Below, piece by piece: positions 44,789 through 54,264 of a DNA stretch of 64,000 bases. Below the pieces are notes generated by a model. It had not been told where the DNA came from. It saw nothing but the letters and a program-made list of their open reading frames with translations, and made no database searches. The stretch comes from Minisyncoccota bacterium (lineage in GTDB: Bacteria > Patescibacteriota > Minisyncoccia > Phycocordibacterales > UBA2100): the NCBI GenBank assembly GCA_035500505.1, contig DATJXE010000003.1, forward strand, positions 201,697-265,696, read 5' to 3'. The position numbers were made by a program, and so were the translations under genes. Position 1 is the stretch's first letter, and every line of letters starts with the position of its first letter.

Positions 44789-45337
44789 ATGAACGCAGTT
44801 GCAACACAATCCAAAACATTCGACGCTCTCAAGGGCGAGTTCGGCTACACTTCGCCGATGCAGGCGCCGAAGGTGCTCAAGGTCATCGTTTCGACTGGTG
44901 TGGGCAAGGTCAACAAGGACAAAAAGCGTCTTGAACTCGTCGAAGACCGGCTCGAACGCATCACTGGCCAGCACGCGGCTCCCCGCGCAGCCAAGAAGGC
45001 TATTGCCAATTTCAAATCGCGCACCGGCGACGTCGTCGGCTACCAGGTAACACTCCGCGGCCCAAAGATGCAGGCGTTCCTCGACAAGCTCATTCACATC
45101 GTCCTCCCGCGCGTGAAAGACTTCCGCGGCATCCAACCCAAAGCCATCGATGAAATGGGCAACATCACCATCGGCCTGCGCGAACACACTGTTTTCCCCG
45201 AAACTGCAGACGAGGAATCCAAGGACATCTTCGGCATCGCCATCACCATCACAACCACCGCAAAGAACAAAAAAGAAGCGGAAGCTTTCTTCCGCCACCT
45301 CGGCCTCCCGCTTCGGGAAGTTGAAGCAAAGAAATAA
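44789..45337 (+). CDS. rplE: 50S ribosomal protein L5
   Basis: 'VLKVIVSTGVGKV...GYQVTLRGPKM'. Confidence 0.9.
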   Translation: MNAVATQSKTFDALKGEFGYTSPMQAPKVLKVIVSTGVGKVNKDKKRLELVEDRLERITGQHAAPRAAKKAIANFKSRTGDVVGYQVTLRGPKMQAFLDKLIHIVLPRVKDFRGIQPKAIDEMGNITIGLREHTVFPETADEESKDIFGIAITITTTAKNKKEAEAFFRHLGLPLREVEAKK

Positions 45338-45375
45338 AAACAAACGACCGCCGGGAGGCGGTCGTTTTCGTTTCT
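45338..45375. terminator. Bidirectional rho-independent terminator after rplE
   Basis: aaaaacaaacgaccgcc-ggga-ggcggtcgttttcgtttc. Confidence 0.7.
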
Positions 45376-45393
45376 TGTGTTAGCTGTGGTTCC

Positions 45394-45855
45394 TTAAACT
45401 GCGATTAAGGTCGCGCCAGTGTCGTCATGTACTTGATGGCCAGTATATGGGCCTTCATAAGCGTTTTTCGCGTACTCGATTGCTTTCTCTCGATCATCAA
45501 GGTCGGCAACAAGCTTAATTGTGCCGGTGGCAATATCGGCGCAGATGATGCGGAACTTGCCGGGTGGCGCTTTCCGCTCTTCTTCGCTGATGATGGCGCC
45601 GACCGCGTCAACGATGCGACCATGGTCATCGTAGATCCTGTAGCGGAGCACCTCCTTAACCTCGAGTCGTTTCTCATGGAGCAGCGTGCGCCAACGGTCA
45701 AGAGCGTCATGTCTGTCAACGAAGTCCTCGACGAGGAAGTATTCTGACGGCACGAGCTCGGTTTCTGCTCGCCGCATTTTGACCCTCACCACCCGGAATT
45801 GACCGGGCAATGCCTTCAGTTCGGCTTCGGTGAGGCGGTTGTTGAGAGCACTCAT
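45394..45855 (-). CDS. Hypothetical protein with internal duplication, antisense within ribosomal cluster
   Basis: Two related halves ('LPGQFRVVRVKM...', 'PPGKFRIICADIATG...'). About 154 aa from MSALNNR. Confidence 0.35.
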   Translation of the reverse strand: MSALNNRLTEAELKALPGQFRVVRVKMRRAETELVPSEYFLVEDFVDRHDALDRWRTLLHEKRLEVKEVLRYRIYDDHGRIVDAVGAIISEEERKAPPGKFRIICADIATGTIKLVADLDDREKAIEYAKNAYEGPYTGHQVHDDTGATLIAV

Positions 45856-46087
45856 CGTTCGTCCTCCTCTAAAGTGGTACGTGAGTGTCGACAATATATG
45901 CCGATTGCAATTTTTGTCCATTTGTTTGACTTTGCAAGAGACATCGCATATATTGTCGAAGCCTCGTAGGGGGTTCTGTCTTACCCGAAGTTAATTGAGG
46001 GATTCAGAGCCACGAACGGGAACGCGATAACTTTCGCCGCAAGGCCAAGTGCACGCCCCCGAATTCTCCTATAGGGCATCATCTTAT

Positions 46088-46273
46088 ATGGCAAAAAAGT
46101 CGATGGTCGTGAAGGCCAACAAGAAACCGAAATTCTCAACCCGCACCGTGCGGCGCTGCTTCAAGTGCGGCCGCCCGCGCGGTTTTATGCGTGATTTCAA
46201 TCTCTGCCGTATCTGTTTCCGCGAGGAAGCGTTGGAAGGCAACATCCCCGGAATAAAAAAGTCCTCCTGGTAA
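46088..46273 (+). CDS. rpsN: 30S ribosomal protein S14 type Z (zinc-binding)
   Basis: 61 aa, '[24 protein letters not shown]' with CxxC...CxxC. Confidence 0.85.
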   Translation: MAKKSMVVKANKKPKFSTRTVRRCFKCGRPRGFMRDFNLCRICFREEALEGNIPGIKKSSW

Positions 46274-46279
46274 TTTTGT

Positions 46280-46675
46280 ATGGTCACTGATCCTGTCGGA
46301 GATTTCTTGGTGCGGCTCAAGAACGCGGGCGCGGTCAAGAAGGCCAGCGTTTCCATCCCATATTCGGCCTTCAAGCTCGCTATCGCGGAGAAGTTGAAGG
46401 ACGCCGGTTTCGTCGCCGGTATCGAAAAGAAAGGTAAAAAGGTAAAGAAGACGCTCGACGTCGTTCTCAAATACAACGATGCCGGTGCCCCACTCATCCG
46501 CGGCGCGCGCCGCATTTCCAAGCCTGGCCGCCGCATGTACAGGAGCGTTCATGAGATCATGCCCGTGCGCCTCGGCCATGGCGCCTTGATCCTTTCGACC
46601 CCGAACGGCATCAAGACCGACAAGGAAGCCCGCAAAGAAAAGATAGGCGGTGAAGCCCTGTTCGAAATTTGGTAG
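46280..46675 (+). CDS. rpsH: 30S ribosomal protein S8
   Basis: 'DPVGDFLVRLKNAG...', 131 aa. Confidence 0.9.
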   Translation: MVTDPVGDFLVRLKNAGAVKKASVSIPYSAFKLAIAEKLKDAGFVAGIEKKGKKVKKTLDVVLKYNDAGAPLIRGARRISKPGRRMYRSVHEIMPVRLGHGALILSTPNGIKTDKEARKEKIGGEALFEIW

Positions 46676-46679
46676 TCAT

Positions 46680-47246
46680 ATGAGTCGCACCGGTAAACTT
46701 CCCATCAAAATTCCCGCAGGCACCGAAGTCTCGGTCGCTCGCCCCGCCAACGGCGGGGCAGGCGGCGAGATAACCGTCAAGGGCAAGGGCGGCACGCTCA
46801 AGCGTACGCTGCATCCGGCCGTTTCCATCACCGTTTCCAATGGTGAGGCGCTCGTCGCCCCCGCGCAGCAGACGCGTCTCGCACGCGCTTTGTGGGGCAC
46901 CTACGCCGCCCACGTGCGCAACATGATCGCAGGCGTCAACACGCCGTTCCAGAAGAAGTTGCAGGTCGAAGGCATCGGCTTTCGCGCAGAAGTGTCCGGC
47001 AAACAGCTGAAACTCCAGGTCGGATTCTCGCACCCGGTCATGGTCGCCATTCCCGAAGGCGTCACTGCGGCCGTGGACAAGAACATCATTTCCATCTCTG
47101 GCGCGAACAAGGAGCAGGTCGGGCAGTTCGCCGCGACGGTCCGAGCGGTAAAAAAGCCCGAGCCGTACAAGGGCAAGGGGATCCGCTACGAAGGCGAGGT
47201 CGTTCGCCAGAAGCAGGGCAAGAAGGCGGCGACTGCGGCTGCATAA
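46680..47246 (+). CDS. rplF: 50S ribosomal protein L6
   Basis: 'MSRTGKLPIKIPAGTEVSV', two L6 repeats. Confidence 0.9.
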   Translation: MSRTGKLPIKIPAGTEVSVARPANGGAGGEITVKGKGGTLKRTLHPAVSITVSNGEALVAPAQQTRLARALWGTYAAHVRNMIAGVNTPFQKKLQVEGIGFRAEVSGKQLKLQVGFSHPVMVAIPEGVTAAVDKNIISISGANKEQVGQFAATVRAVKKPEPYKGKGIRYEGEVVRQKQGKKAATAAA

Positions 47247-47251
47247 AACAT

Positions 47252-47599
47252 ATGGCGACCAACACGAAACAACTCAAACGACAGCGCCGGCACAACCGCG
47301 TCCGCGCAAAGGTCTTTGGAACGAGCGAGCGCCCGCGCCTTTCGGTGTACAAATCCAACACGAAGCTCGTCGCGCAAATAATCAACGACGACGAGATGAA
47401 GACGATAGTCGCCGTTTCTTCTGCCGCGCAAAAGGGGAAGACGCCGCGCGAGCGGGCCGAAGCTGCCGCATCCGCGCTCGCTTCGAGTGCCAAGGAAAAA
47501 GGCATTTCCAAGGTCGTGTTCGATCGCGGCGGATTCCAGTACCTCGGGACCATCAAGGCTTTCGCCGACGCGGCACGTGCGGCGGGACTCGAATTTTAA
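47252..47599 (+). CDS. rplR: 50S ribosomal protein L18
   Basis: 'RPRLSVYKSNTKLVAQIIND...VFDRGGFQYLGTIKAFADAAR'. Confidence 0.85.
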   Translation: MATNTKQLKRQRRHNRVRAKVFGTSERPRLSVYKSNTKLVAQIINDDEMKTIVAVSSAAQKGKTPRERAEAAASALASSAKEKGISKVVFDRGGFQYLGTIKAFADAARAAGLEF

Positions 47600-47615
47600 T
47601 TTCTAACTAGTACGT

Positions 47616-48230
47616 ATGGCAGACGAGATCATAAAAGAAGAGGGAACAGTTGAAGCGCAAACACCAGTCGTCGTTGACGCGGAGGCTCCTCGCGCATCGG
47701 AGCGCCGCGCAGTGCCTGCAAGAGGCGAGCGTCCGCAACGGGGCGACCGACGTCCGCGCGGAGACCGCCGTGGCGGTCCTCGGGATGGCGCGCGCAGCGA
47801 ATTCGCACAAAAACTCATCGGCATTCGCCGCGTCGCCCGCGTCATGGCCGGCGGCAGACGTTTCAATTTTTCCGCCGCGATCGTCATCGGCGACAAAAAA
47901 GGCCGCGTCGGCGTCGGACTCGGTAAGGCTGCCGACACGCAGCTTGCGATAGAAAAGGCGACCCGCGCCGCCAAAAAGGCGATGATATCCCTCAACCTCA
48001 CCAAGAGCCGTTCGATCCCGCAGGATGTCGAGGCGAAATACTGCGCTTCCGAGGTCATCATCCGCCCTTCTCCGGGCCGCGGACTCGTCGCGGGTTCTTC
48101 GGTGCGCACCGTGCTGGAGCTTGCCGGCGTCACCGACGTCACGGGGAAACTTCTCTCGCGCAGCCACAACCAGGTCAACAATGCGCGCGCCGCGATCGAA
48201 GCATTACGACAAGTAACGATTTCCAAGTAA
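47616..48230 (+). CDS. rpsE: 30S ribosomal protein S5
   Basis: 'RRFNFSAAIVIGDKKGRVGVGLGKA'. N-terminal ~60-aa Arg/Gly-rich extension. Confidence 0.9.
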   Translation: MADEIIKEEGTVEAQTPVVVDAEAPRASERRAVPARGERPQRGDRRPRGDRRGGPRDGARSEFAQKLIGIRRVARVMAGGRRFNFSAAIVIGDKKGRVGVGLGKAADTQLAIEKATRAAKKAMISLNLTKSRSIPQDVEAKYCASEVIIRPSPGRGLVAGSSVRTVLELAGVTDVTGKLLSRSHNQVNNARAAIEALRQVTISK

Positions 48231-48251
48231 CGATCTTCAGGCAGAATCCGT

Positions 48252-48704
48252 ATGGCAACCCTCAACCAACTCAAACGACCCGCAGGCATCAAGCGCCCGT
48301 ACCGCCGCGTCGGGCGCGGACAGTCCTCGACGCGCGGCAAGCAATCGGGCCGCGGTGGCAAGGGGCAGACCGCGCGCGCGGGCCACAAAATTCGCCCCGC
48401 GCTCCGCGATATCATCAAGAAGATCCCCAAGCGCCGCGGCTACGGTAAGAACCGCGGTCGCACGCACGTGCCGCGCCCTACCCCCATCGTCATCTCGCTC
48501 GACCGTCTGGAGAAACTCTTTGAGAACGGCGCGCAGGTCACGCGCAAATCGCTTGTCGAAAAGGGCGCGCTTTCTTCGCGGGGCAGCGTTCGCGTAAAAG
48601 TGGTTGGACAAGGATCGCTCAGCAAAAAACTTTCTCTCGTTGGTGTTGGCGCGTCGGCTTCGGCTAAGACCGCGATAGAGAAGGCCGGCGGTTCCATCGT
48701 CTAG
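48252..48704 (+). CDS. rplO: 50S ribosomal protein L15 (no rpmD/L30 gene between rpsE and rplO)
   Basis: 'GRGQSSTRGKQSGRGGKGQTARAGH'. Confidence 0.9.
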   Translation: MATLNQLKRPAGIKRPYRRVGRGQSSTRGKQSGRGGKGQTARAGHKIRPALRDIIKKIPKRRGYGKNRGRTHVPRPTPIVISLDRLEKLFENGAQVTRKSLVEKGALSSRGSVRVKVVGQGSLSKKLSLVGVGASASAKTAIEKAGGSIV

Positions 48705-48705
48705 T

Positions 48706-49980
48706 ATGTGGGAAGCCTTCGTTCAAAAACTCCGGGTCGTCGTCGAAGACGCGACGTTGCGCAACCGCATCCTGTTCGTCCTGGGTGCGCTCATCGTTTT
48801 CCGCCTGCTTGCCGCGATCCCCACTCCCGGCGTCAACGCGGTTGAGCTACAGAATTTTCTCGCCAACAACCAATTCTTCGGCCTTTTGAACGTCTTTTCC
48901 GGCGGCGGCTTCTCGACGCTCTCCATCGTGATGCTCGGCGTCGGCCCCTTCATCACCGCCTCCATCGTCATGCAGCTCATGACGGTCCTCATTCCGAAGT
49001 TGAAGGAAATGTACCAAGAGGAGGGCGACGCGGGCCGCATGCGCTTCACGCAGTACTCGCGCTACCTCACCGTGCCGCTCGCGCTCATCCAGGCGTTCGG
49101 ATTCGTTCTGCTATTGCAGCAGAACGGCATTGTGCCGGCGCTTACCCCGTTGCAGCTTCTCACCAACATGCTGGTCGTTTCTGCGGGTTCGATACTCCTC
49201 ATGTGGATCGGCGAACTCATTTCCGAATTCGGCGTGGGGAACGGCGTCTCGCTCATCATCTTCGCGGGCATCGTCGCGCGTATCCCGCGCGGACTCTCCC
49301 AACTCGCGTTCTCCTTTGAAGCCTCGCAGATCCCCGGTATCGTCGGGCTTGTCGCTGCGGCGCTCGTCATTACTGCGGGAGTTGTCTTTATCACCGAGGC
49401 CGAACGACCGATCCCTGTCACCTACGCCCGCCGCGTGCGCGGCATGAAGGTGATGGGCGGCGTGTCCACGTACCTGCCGCTTCGGGTGAACCAAGCCGGC
49501 GTCATCCCGATAGTCTTCGCACTCTCCATATTGCTGTTCCCGCAGATGATAGCGACGTTCCTTACGCACTCTTCTATCGGCTGGCTCCAATCCGGCGCGC
49601 AGAACGTCGTGAACGCGCTCGCCAATCAATGGGTCTACGGCTCGCTCTACTTCCTGCTCGTCGTGATTTTCACCTACTTCTACACCGCCATCACGTTCGA
49701 ACCGCATCAGGTGGCAAAGAACCTGCAGAAAAACGGCGCGTTCATCCCCGGGGTGCGCCCGGGCGGCACGACCGCAGAATACCTCGGCAACATCATCACC
49801 CGCATCACGCTGGTCGGCGCGCTTTTCTTGGGCGTACTCGCGGTCTTGCCGCTCATCGTTGAAGGTGTGACCGGCGTCACCGCGATCACCATCGGCGGTA
49901 CCGCGCTCCTCATCGTCGTCTCCGTCGTTCTCGATGTGGTCAAGAAAATTGACGCGCAGACCTCGATACGCGAATATTGA
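48706..49980 (+). CDS. secY: Preprotein translocase subunit SecY
   Basis: 10 TM, 'GVNAVELQNF', 'PFITASIVMQL', 424 aa. Confidence 0.9.
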   Translation: MWEAFVQKLRVVVEDATLRNRILFVLGALIVFRLLAAIPTPGVNAVELQNFLANNQFFGLLNVFSGGGFSTLSIVMLGVGPFITASIVMQLMTVLIPKLKEMYQEEGDAGRMRFTQYSRYLTVPLALIQAFGFVLLLQQNGIVPALTPLQLLTNMLVVSAGSILLMWIGELISEFGVGNGVSLIIFAGIVARIPRGLSQLAFSFEASQIPGIVGLVAAALVITAGVVFITEAERPIPVTYARRVRGMKVMGGVSTYLPLRVNQAGVIPIVFALSILLFPQMIATFLTHSSIGWLQSGAQNVVNALANQWVYGSLYFLLVVIFTYFYTAITFEPHQVAKNLQKNGAFIPGVRPGGTTAEYLGNIITRITLVGALFLGVLAVLPLIVEGVTGVTAITIGGTALLIVVSVVLDVVKKIDAQTSIREY

Positions 49981-50573
49981 GCGCAATGAACGCGCTTGAA
50001 AAACAGGTGGTCGTCATCGCCGGTCCGGCGGGAAGTGGCAAGGATTCCATCGCGCGAGAACTCGTAAAGCGTTTTTCCAACGTAACGCTTATGGTTACCG
50101 CGACGACCCGCGAGATCCGGCCCGGAGAGAAAGGAGGCATCAACTACCACTTCCTCACGAATGAGCAGTTCAAAAAAGAACTTGAGGTCGGAAATATCCT
50201 CGAGCATTACCACCGGATGGACACCGACACTTACTACGGGACATATAAACCCGATATCGAACGCAGGCTCAAAGAGGGAAAAGTCGTGCTTGCGGTCGTG
50301 CAGATAGTCGGCGCGAAATATTTGAAAGAGCACTACAACGCGACCACGATATTCATCATGCCGCCTTCGCTCGACGCCTTCGAGCGGCGCGTGCGCGAAC
50401 GCTCGCCGATGAGCGACGTAGAGTGGCAGGAACGTGTGAAATTCACGCAGAACGAAGTTGCAAACGAGGCTCCGTGGTATGACTACCGGATCTCCAACGA
50501 AGATGGGAAATTGGAATCCGCCGTTGGGGAAGTCGTTGGAATTCTGAAGAAAGAGGGCTACAATCTCGGATGA
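49977..50573 (+). CDS. gmk: Guanylate kinase
   Basis: 'IAGPAGSGKDSI' P-loop, 'ATTREIRPGEKGGINYHF'. Confidence 0.7.
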   Translation: MSAMNALEKQVVVIAGPAGSGKDSIARELVKRFSNVTLMVTATTREIRPGEKGGINYHFLTNEQFKKELEVGNILEHYHRMDTDTYYGTYKPDIERRLKEGKVVLAVVQIVGAKYLKEHYNATTIFIMPPSLDAFERRVRERSPMSDVEWQERVKFTQNEVANEAPWYDYRISNEDGKLESAVGEVVGILKKEGYNLG

Positions 50574-51160
50574 TGGAACCCGTCACCGTACTATTTTTCG
50601 GCTCGCAGGGCGCGGGCAAGGGCACGCAGGTGAAGATGCTCATGGAATTCCTGCGCGCGAAATCGAATCGCGGCATCATCCATATCGACATGGGGCAAGA
50701 ATTGCGGAATCTGCGCGATACCGGTTCGTACGCGGGGAAGCTCACCGGGCAAGTCATAGACGCAGGCGAACGCATGCCCGATTTCATGCCCATCTACCTG
50801 CAGTCGAAAAAGATCGTCGATAATCTTACGGGCAGTGAACACATCATCGCGGATGGTCTTGCGCGTGGTCCCGACCAAACCCGGTGTTTCGACGACATGA
50901 TGACCTTTCTGAAGCGAGATAATTTCCAGATAATCGACCTCGTCATCAACGACGACACCGCGGTGAAGCGGTTGCTCGCGCGCGGCCGCAACGACGACAC
51001 CGAAGAAGCCATTCGCAGGCGCCTCGCCTGGACGAAGACGGAAGTGTTGCCGCAGCTCGAACTTCTAAAGAGCCGTGGACGCACCATTCACACGATCGAC
51101 GGCGAACCGGACACGGAAACCATCCATAAGAGCATCCTCTCCGCGCTCAAACTCGCATGA
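50570..51160 (+). CDS. adk: Adenylate kinase-like nucleoside monophosphate kinase
   Basis: 'FFGSQGAGKGTQ' P-loop, short LID without Zn ligands. Confidence 0.65.
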   Translation: MMEPVTVLFFGSQGAGKGTQVKMLMEFLRAKSNRGIIHIDMGQELRNLRDTGSYAGKLTGQVIDAGERMPDFMPIYLQSKKIVDNLTGSEHIIADGLARGPDQTRCFDDMMTFLKRDNFQIIDLVINDDTAVKRLLARGRNDDTEEAIRRRLAWTKTEVLPQLELLKSRGRTIHTIDGEPDTETIHKSILSALKLA

Positions 51161-51927
51161 TAGCCAAAACGAAAGAGGAGCGGGAAATTTTACGTGAGGG
51201 CGGAAGACGCTTGGCCAAGCACGTGAGAGCGCTCGCGGAACTCGCGGTGCCGGGAATAACGGCGCGGGCGCTCGAAGAGCGCGCGAGAGAGATGGTCGAA
51301 AAGGACGGCGATAAGCCGGCCTTTTTGGGCCACAAGGACAAGCGCGACAAAGTGGGGTATCCCTCGGCCCTATGCCTTTCCGTCAACGACATCATCGTGC
51401 ATTCGCCAGCCGTGCAGAACAGCGCAACGCTCCAAGAGGGAGATGTGGTGTGCCTCGACTTCGGGATCTGGCACAAAGGGCTGTGCACCGACCACGCGGT
51501 CACCGTCATCGTCGGCCGCTCGAAGAGCAAGGAGGATGAAAAATTGTTGAAGGGCACGCAAGAAGCGCTCACTGCGGGCATCGCACAAGCGAAAATCGGC
51601 AACACGACCGGCGATATCGGCTATGCGGTCGAAGAGATCGCCGACAAGTACGGTTTCGGCTATCCGCGCAATCTTTCGGGTCATGGCGTCGGCAAGGAGG
51701 TGCACGAAGAACCGCACATCCCGAATTTCGGAAAGCCGGGCGAAGGGGCTCCGTTGGTCGAGAACATGGTCATCGCCATCGAGCCCATGATGACGCTCGG
51801 AAGCGGAGACCTTTTCGTCGACAAAGATGGCTTTTCGTATCGCACCAAGGATGGTAGCAACACCGCGCATTTCGAACATACGGTACTCATCACGAAAAAG
51901 GGGCCGGAAATTTTGACCCGGGAATAG
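51157..51927 (+). CDS. map: Type I methionine aminopeptidase
   Basis: 'VVCLDFGIWHKGLCTDHAVTV', 'HGVGKEVHEEPHIPNFG', 'HFEHTVLIT' metal ligands. Confidence 0.85.
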   Translation: MIAKTKEEREILREGGRRLAKHVRALAELAVPGITARALEERAREMVEKDGDKPAFLGHKDKRDKVGYPSALCLSVNDIIVHSPAVQNSATLQEGDVVCLDFGIWHKGLCTDHAVTVIVGRSKSKEDEKLLKGTQEALTAGIAQAKIGNTTGDIGYAVEEIADKYGFGYPRNLSGHGVGKEVHEEPHIPNFGKPGEGAPLVENMVIAIEPMMTLGSGDLFVDKDGFSYRTKDGSNTAHFEHTVLITKKGPEILTRE

Positions 51928-51928
51928 T

Positions 51929-52375
51929 ATGGAACGCGAGCCGATCCAGAAAGAATTTGGGGAGGCGAAACGTCGGCTCAACTTTATAGAGATACGGAAA
52001 TTCGGGCAAAGCACAAAAGAGCAAGGGGCTTTGAAAGAGGTAGTAGGGCACGTAACTGTCGAGGAGCAAACCTATCCGGTCCCACATTATAAAGTGCCGA
52101 GACTCGACGTTTACAAGCGCGAGAATCAGGGGAAGGGATTCGCGTCGCAGCTGCTTTCGGAGGTAGAAGACTTGAGTCGCACTTCCAAATTGCCAGTTGT
52201 CCTGGAGGATGGAATTGTGGAGCAAGACAATCCAGAAGCAGCCGGTATGTACGCACGACGGAAGGGGTGGATCGAGGTGAAAAGTCGAAGAGGCTCGGAT
52301 ATTAGGCATTACATTTTTGGTAATGAGGATGACGAGAACGTACAAAAACTGCTCGATTACTTTTTTTGGAAGTAA
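51929..52375 (+). CDS. Hypothetical protein (possible GNAT-like)
   Basis: 'VYKRENQGKGFASQLL' is faintly GNAT-like. 148 aa. Confidence 0.3.
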   Translation: MEREPIQKEFGEAKRRLNFIEIRKFGQSTKEQGALKEVVGHVTVEEQTYPVPHYKVPRLDVYKRENQGKGFASQLLSEVEDLSRTSKLPVVLEDGIVEQDNPEAAGMYARRKGWIEVKSRRGSDIRHYIFGNEDDENVQKLLDYFFWK

Positions 52376-52376
52376 A

Positions 52377-53696
52377 ATGATGGATATGGATAAGAGCCCG
52401 ATGCATGTTCTTCTTATCGGCAGTGGCGGAAGGGAACACGCGCTCGCATGGAAACTGAAGCAGTCACCCCGCATCGGGAAGCTGTACATCGCCCCCGGAA
52501 ACGGCGGCACGGAACGTCTGGGCGAGAACGTGCCCATCGTAGCGACAGACATCGAGAAACTCGCCGCATTCGCCAGTGAGAAGAAAATCGCGCTCACGAT
52601 AGTCGGGCCGGATGATCCGCTCGCTCTCGGCGTCGTCGATCTTTTCCGCGCGCGGAAACTGCGCATTTTTGGCCCTACGAAAGCGGCAGCGCGCATTGAG
52701 AGTTCCAAATCGTTCGCCAAGAAGTTGATGCAGGACGCAAAGATCCCGACCGCGCAGTTCAAGGCATTCGATTCTCACACGACCGCACTTGCCTATGTGC
52801 ACGCGCACGGCGTGCCTGTCGTCATAAAGGCAAGCGGGCTTTCGTTGGGTAAAGGGGTCTACATTTGCAAGACGATGGAAGAGGCCGAATCCTCACTCAA
52901 AGCCGTCATGGTGGACATGGTGCATGGCGAGGCAGGAAGAGAAGTCGTCATCGAGGATTTTCTTGAAGGGCCGGAAGTTTCCGTGCACGTGCTTTCGGAT
53001 GCCTTGAATCAGCTCGTATTTCCTTCATCGCAAGACCACAAGCCGGCGCTCGACGGCGATGAGGGAAACATGACCGGCGGCATGGGGACGATAGCGCCGG
53101 TCCCTTTCGTTTCGACGGAACTCATGGGGACGATAGAGCGCTCGGTCGTCCGCCCTGCGCTCGACGCGATGCTCAAGAGCGGCGCGCAGTTCGAAGGGCT
53201 CTTGTATCCCGGGCTCAAGATAACCAACGACGGCCCGAAGGTCTTGGAATTCAACGCGCGTTTCGGCGACCCGGAAACGCAAGTCTACATGCGGCTTTTG
53301 AAAAGCGATCTACTCGACCTTTTGGAAGCGTGCGTCGACCACACGCTCGGCAACTTACTTTCCAAAGTGGAGTGGGTGAGGGGATTCGCTGCCAACATCG
53401 TGCTCGCTTCCGGAGGGTATCCGGATTCGTATAAAAAAGGATTTCCCATCACCGGCATCGACGAGGCTGAAGCGATGGAGGGCATTGTCGTCTTCCACGC
53501 TGGCACTGCATTCAAAGACGGCAGTCTCGTCACGAACGGCGGGCGCGTACTCGGCGTTTCCGCCCTCGGTGGCACCCCAAAGGACGCTATCGACAAGGCA
53601 TATGCCGCCGTGCAGAAAATCCACTTCGAAGGCATGCACTACCGCAAAGACATCGGCGCCAAAGCGGCGAGCTTCTACGACTCGGTGCGGATATAG
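52377..53696 (+). CDS. purD: Phosphoribosylamine--glycine ligase
   Basis: 'MHVLLIGSGGREHALAWKL', ATP-grasp. Start chosen at MMDMDK to avoid a 58-nt overlap. Confidence 0.85.
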   Translation: MMDMDKSPMHVLLIGSGGREHALAWKLKQSPRIGKLYIAPGNGGTERLGENVPIVATDIEKLAAFASEKKIALTIVGPDDPLALGVVDLFRARKLRIFGPTKAAARIESSKSFAKKLMQDAKIPTAQFKAFDSHTTALAYVHAHGVPVVIKASGLSLGKGVYICKTMEEAESSLKAVMVDMVHGEAGREVVIEDFLEGPEVSVHVLSDALNQLVFPSSQDHKPALDGDEGNMTGGMGTIAPVPFVSTELMGTIERSVVRPALDAMLKSGAQFEGLLYPGLKITNDGPKVLEFNARFGDPETQVYMRLLKSDLLDLLEACVDHTLGNLLSKVEWVRGFAANIVLASGGYPDSYKKGFPITGIDEAEAMEGIVVFHAGTAFKDGSLVTNGGRVLGVSALGGTPKDAIDKAYAAVQKIHFEGMHYRKDIGAKAASFYDSVRI

Positions 53697-53705
53697 TCTT
53701 TAGGG

Positions 53706-54212
53706 TTATCGAACCACTTTGTAGTGAAGTTGGATTTCATTCGGTGAGAATTGCTTAGTTCCGAGCAGTTCGAGCTTGGTCTCAAAGTCACCATTCTTGA
53801 GTAGTTGTATACCGCTCCCCAGTATCGTTGGTTCCACATCCAGATATATTTCCCCTATAAGACCTTGGGACAGGAAAGCGGCGTTAACAAAACCTCCTCC
53901 TGCAACGATTATCTCGTCATTGCCTTCCAGAATCTTTAGAGCCTCTGAGGGAGAATGTGCGACAACATGATTTTTATTCAACATAGGAATGTCCGAGTGT
54001 GACAACACAACAATTTTTACATCTTTTAATTCTGAAAATTCTGGTTGTGTAGTTAAAATGCCGTAGGTTCGGTGTCCGATAATCATGTTTCTCGCTTTTT
54101 GAACAGCCGCACTGTAGCTATTCCACTCTTCTTTCGAGACCCAACTCGTATCGTCGTTTTCTTTCGCAATGTAGCCGTTCGCGGTCATCGCCATGTACAA
54201 AATTACCTTCAT
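53706..54212 (-). CDS. Dihydrofolate reductase family (RibD C-terminal-like) protein
   Basis: 'MKVILYMAMTANGYIA...VAGGGFVNAAFL...IGEIYLDVEPTILGSGIQLL'. AT-rich. Confidence 0.5.
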   Translation of the reverse strand: MKVILYMAMTANGYIAKENDDTSWVSKEEWNSYSAAVQKARNMIIGHRTYGILTTQPEFSELKDVKIVVLSHSDIPMLNKNHVVAHSPSEALKILEGNDEIIVAGGGFVNAAFLSQGLIGEIYLDVEPTILGSGIQLLKNGDFETKLELLGTKQFSPNEIQLHYKVVR

Positions 54213-54264
54213 ACAAAGCATAGTATCTCGTTCGGAGTTGAATCTAAAGTGATATACTTTCCCC

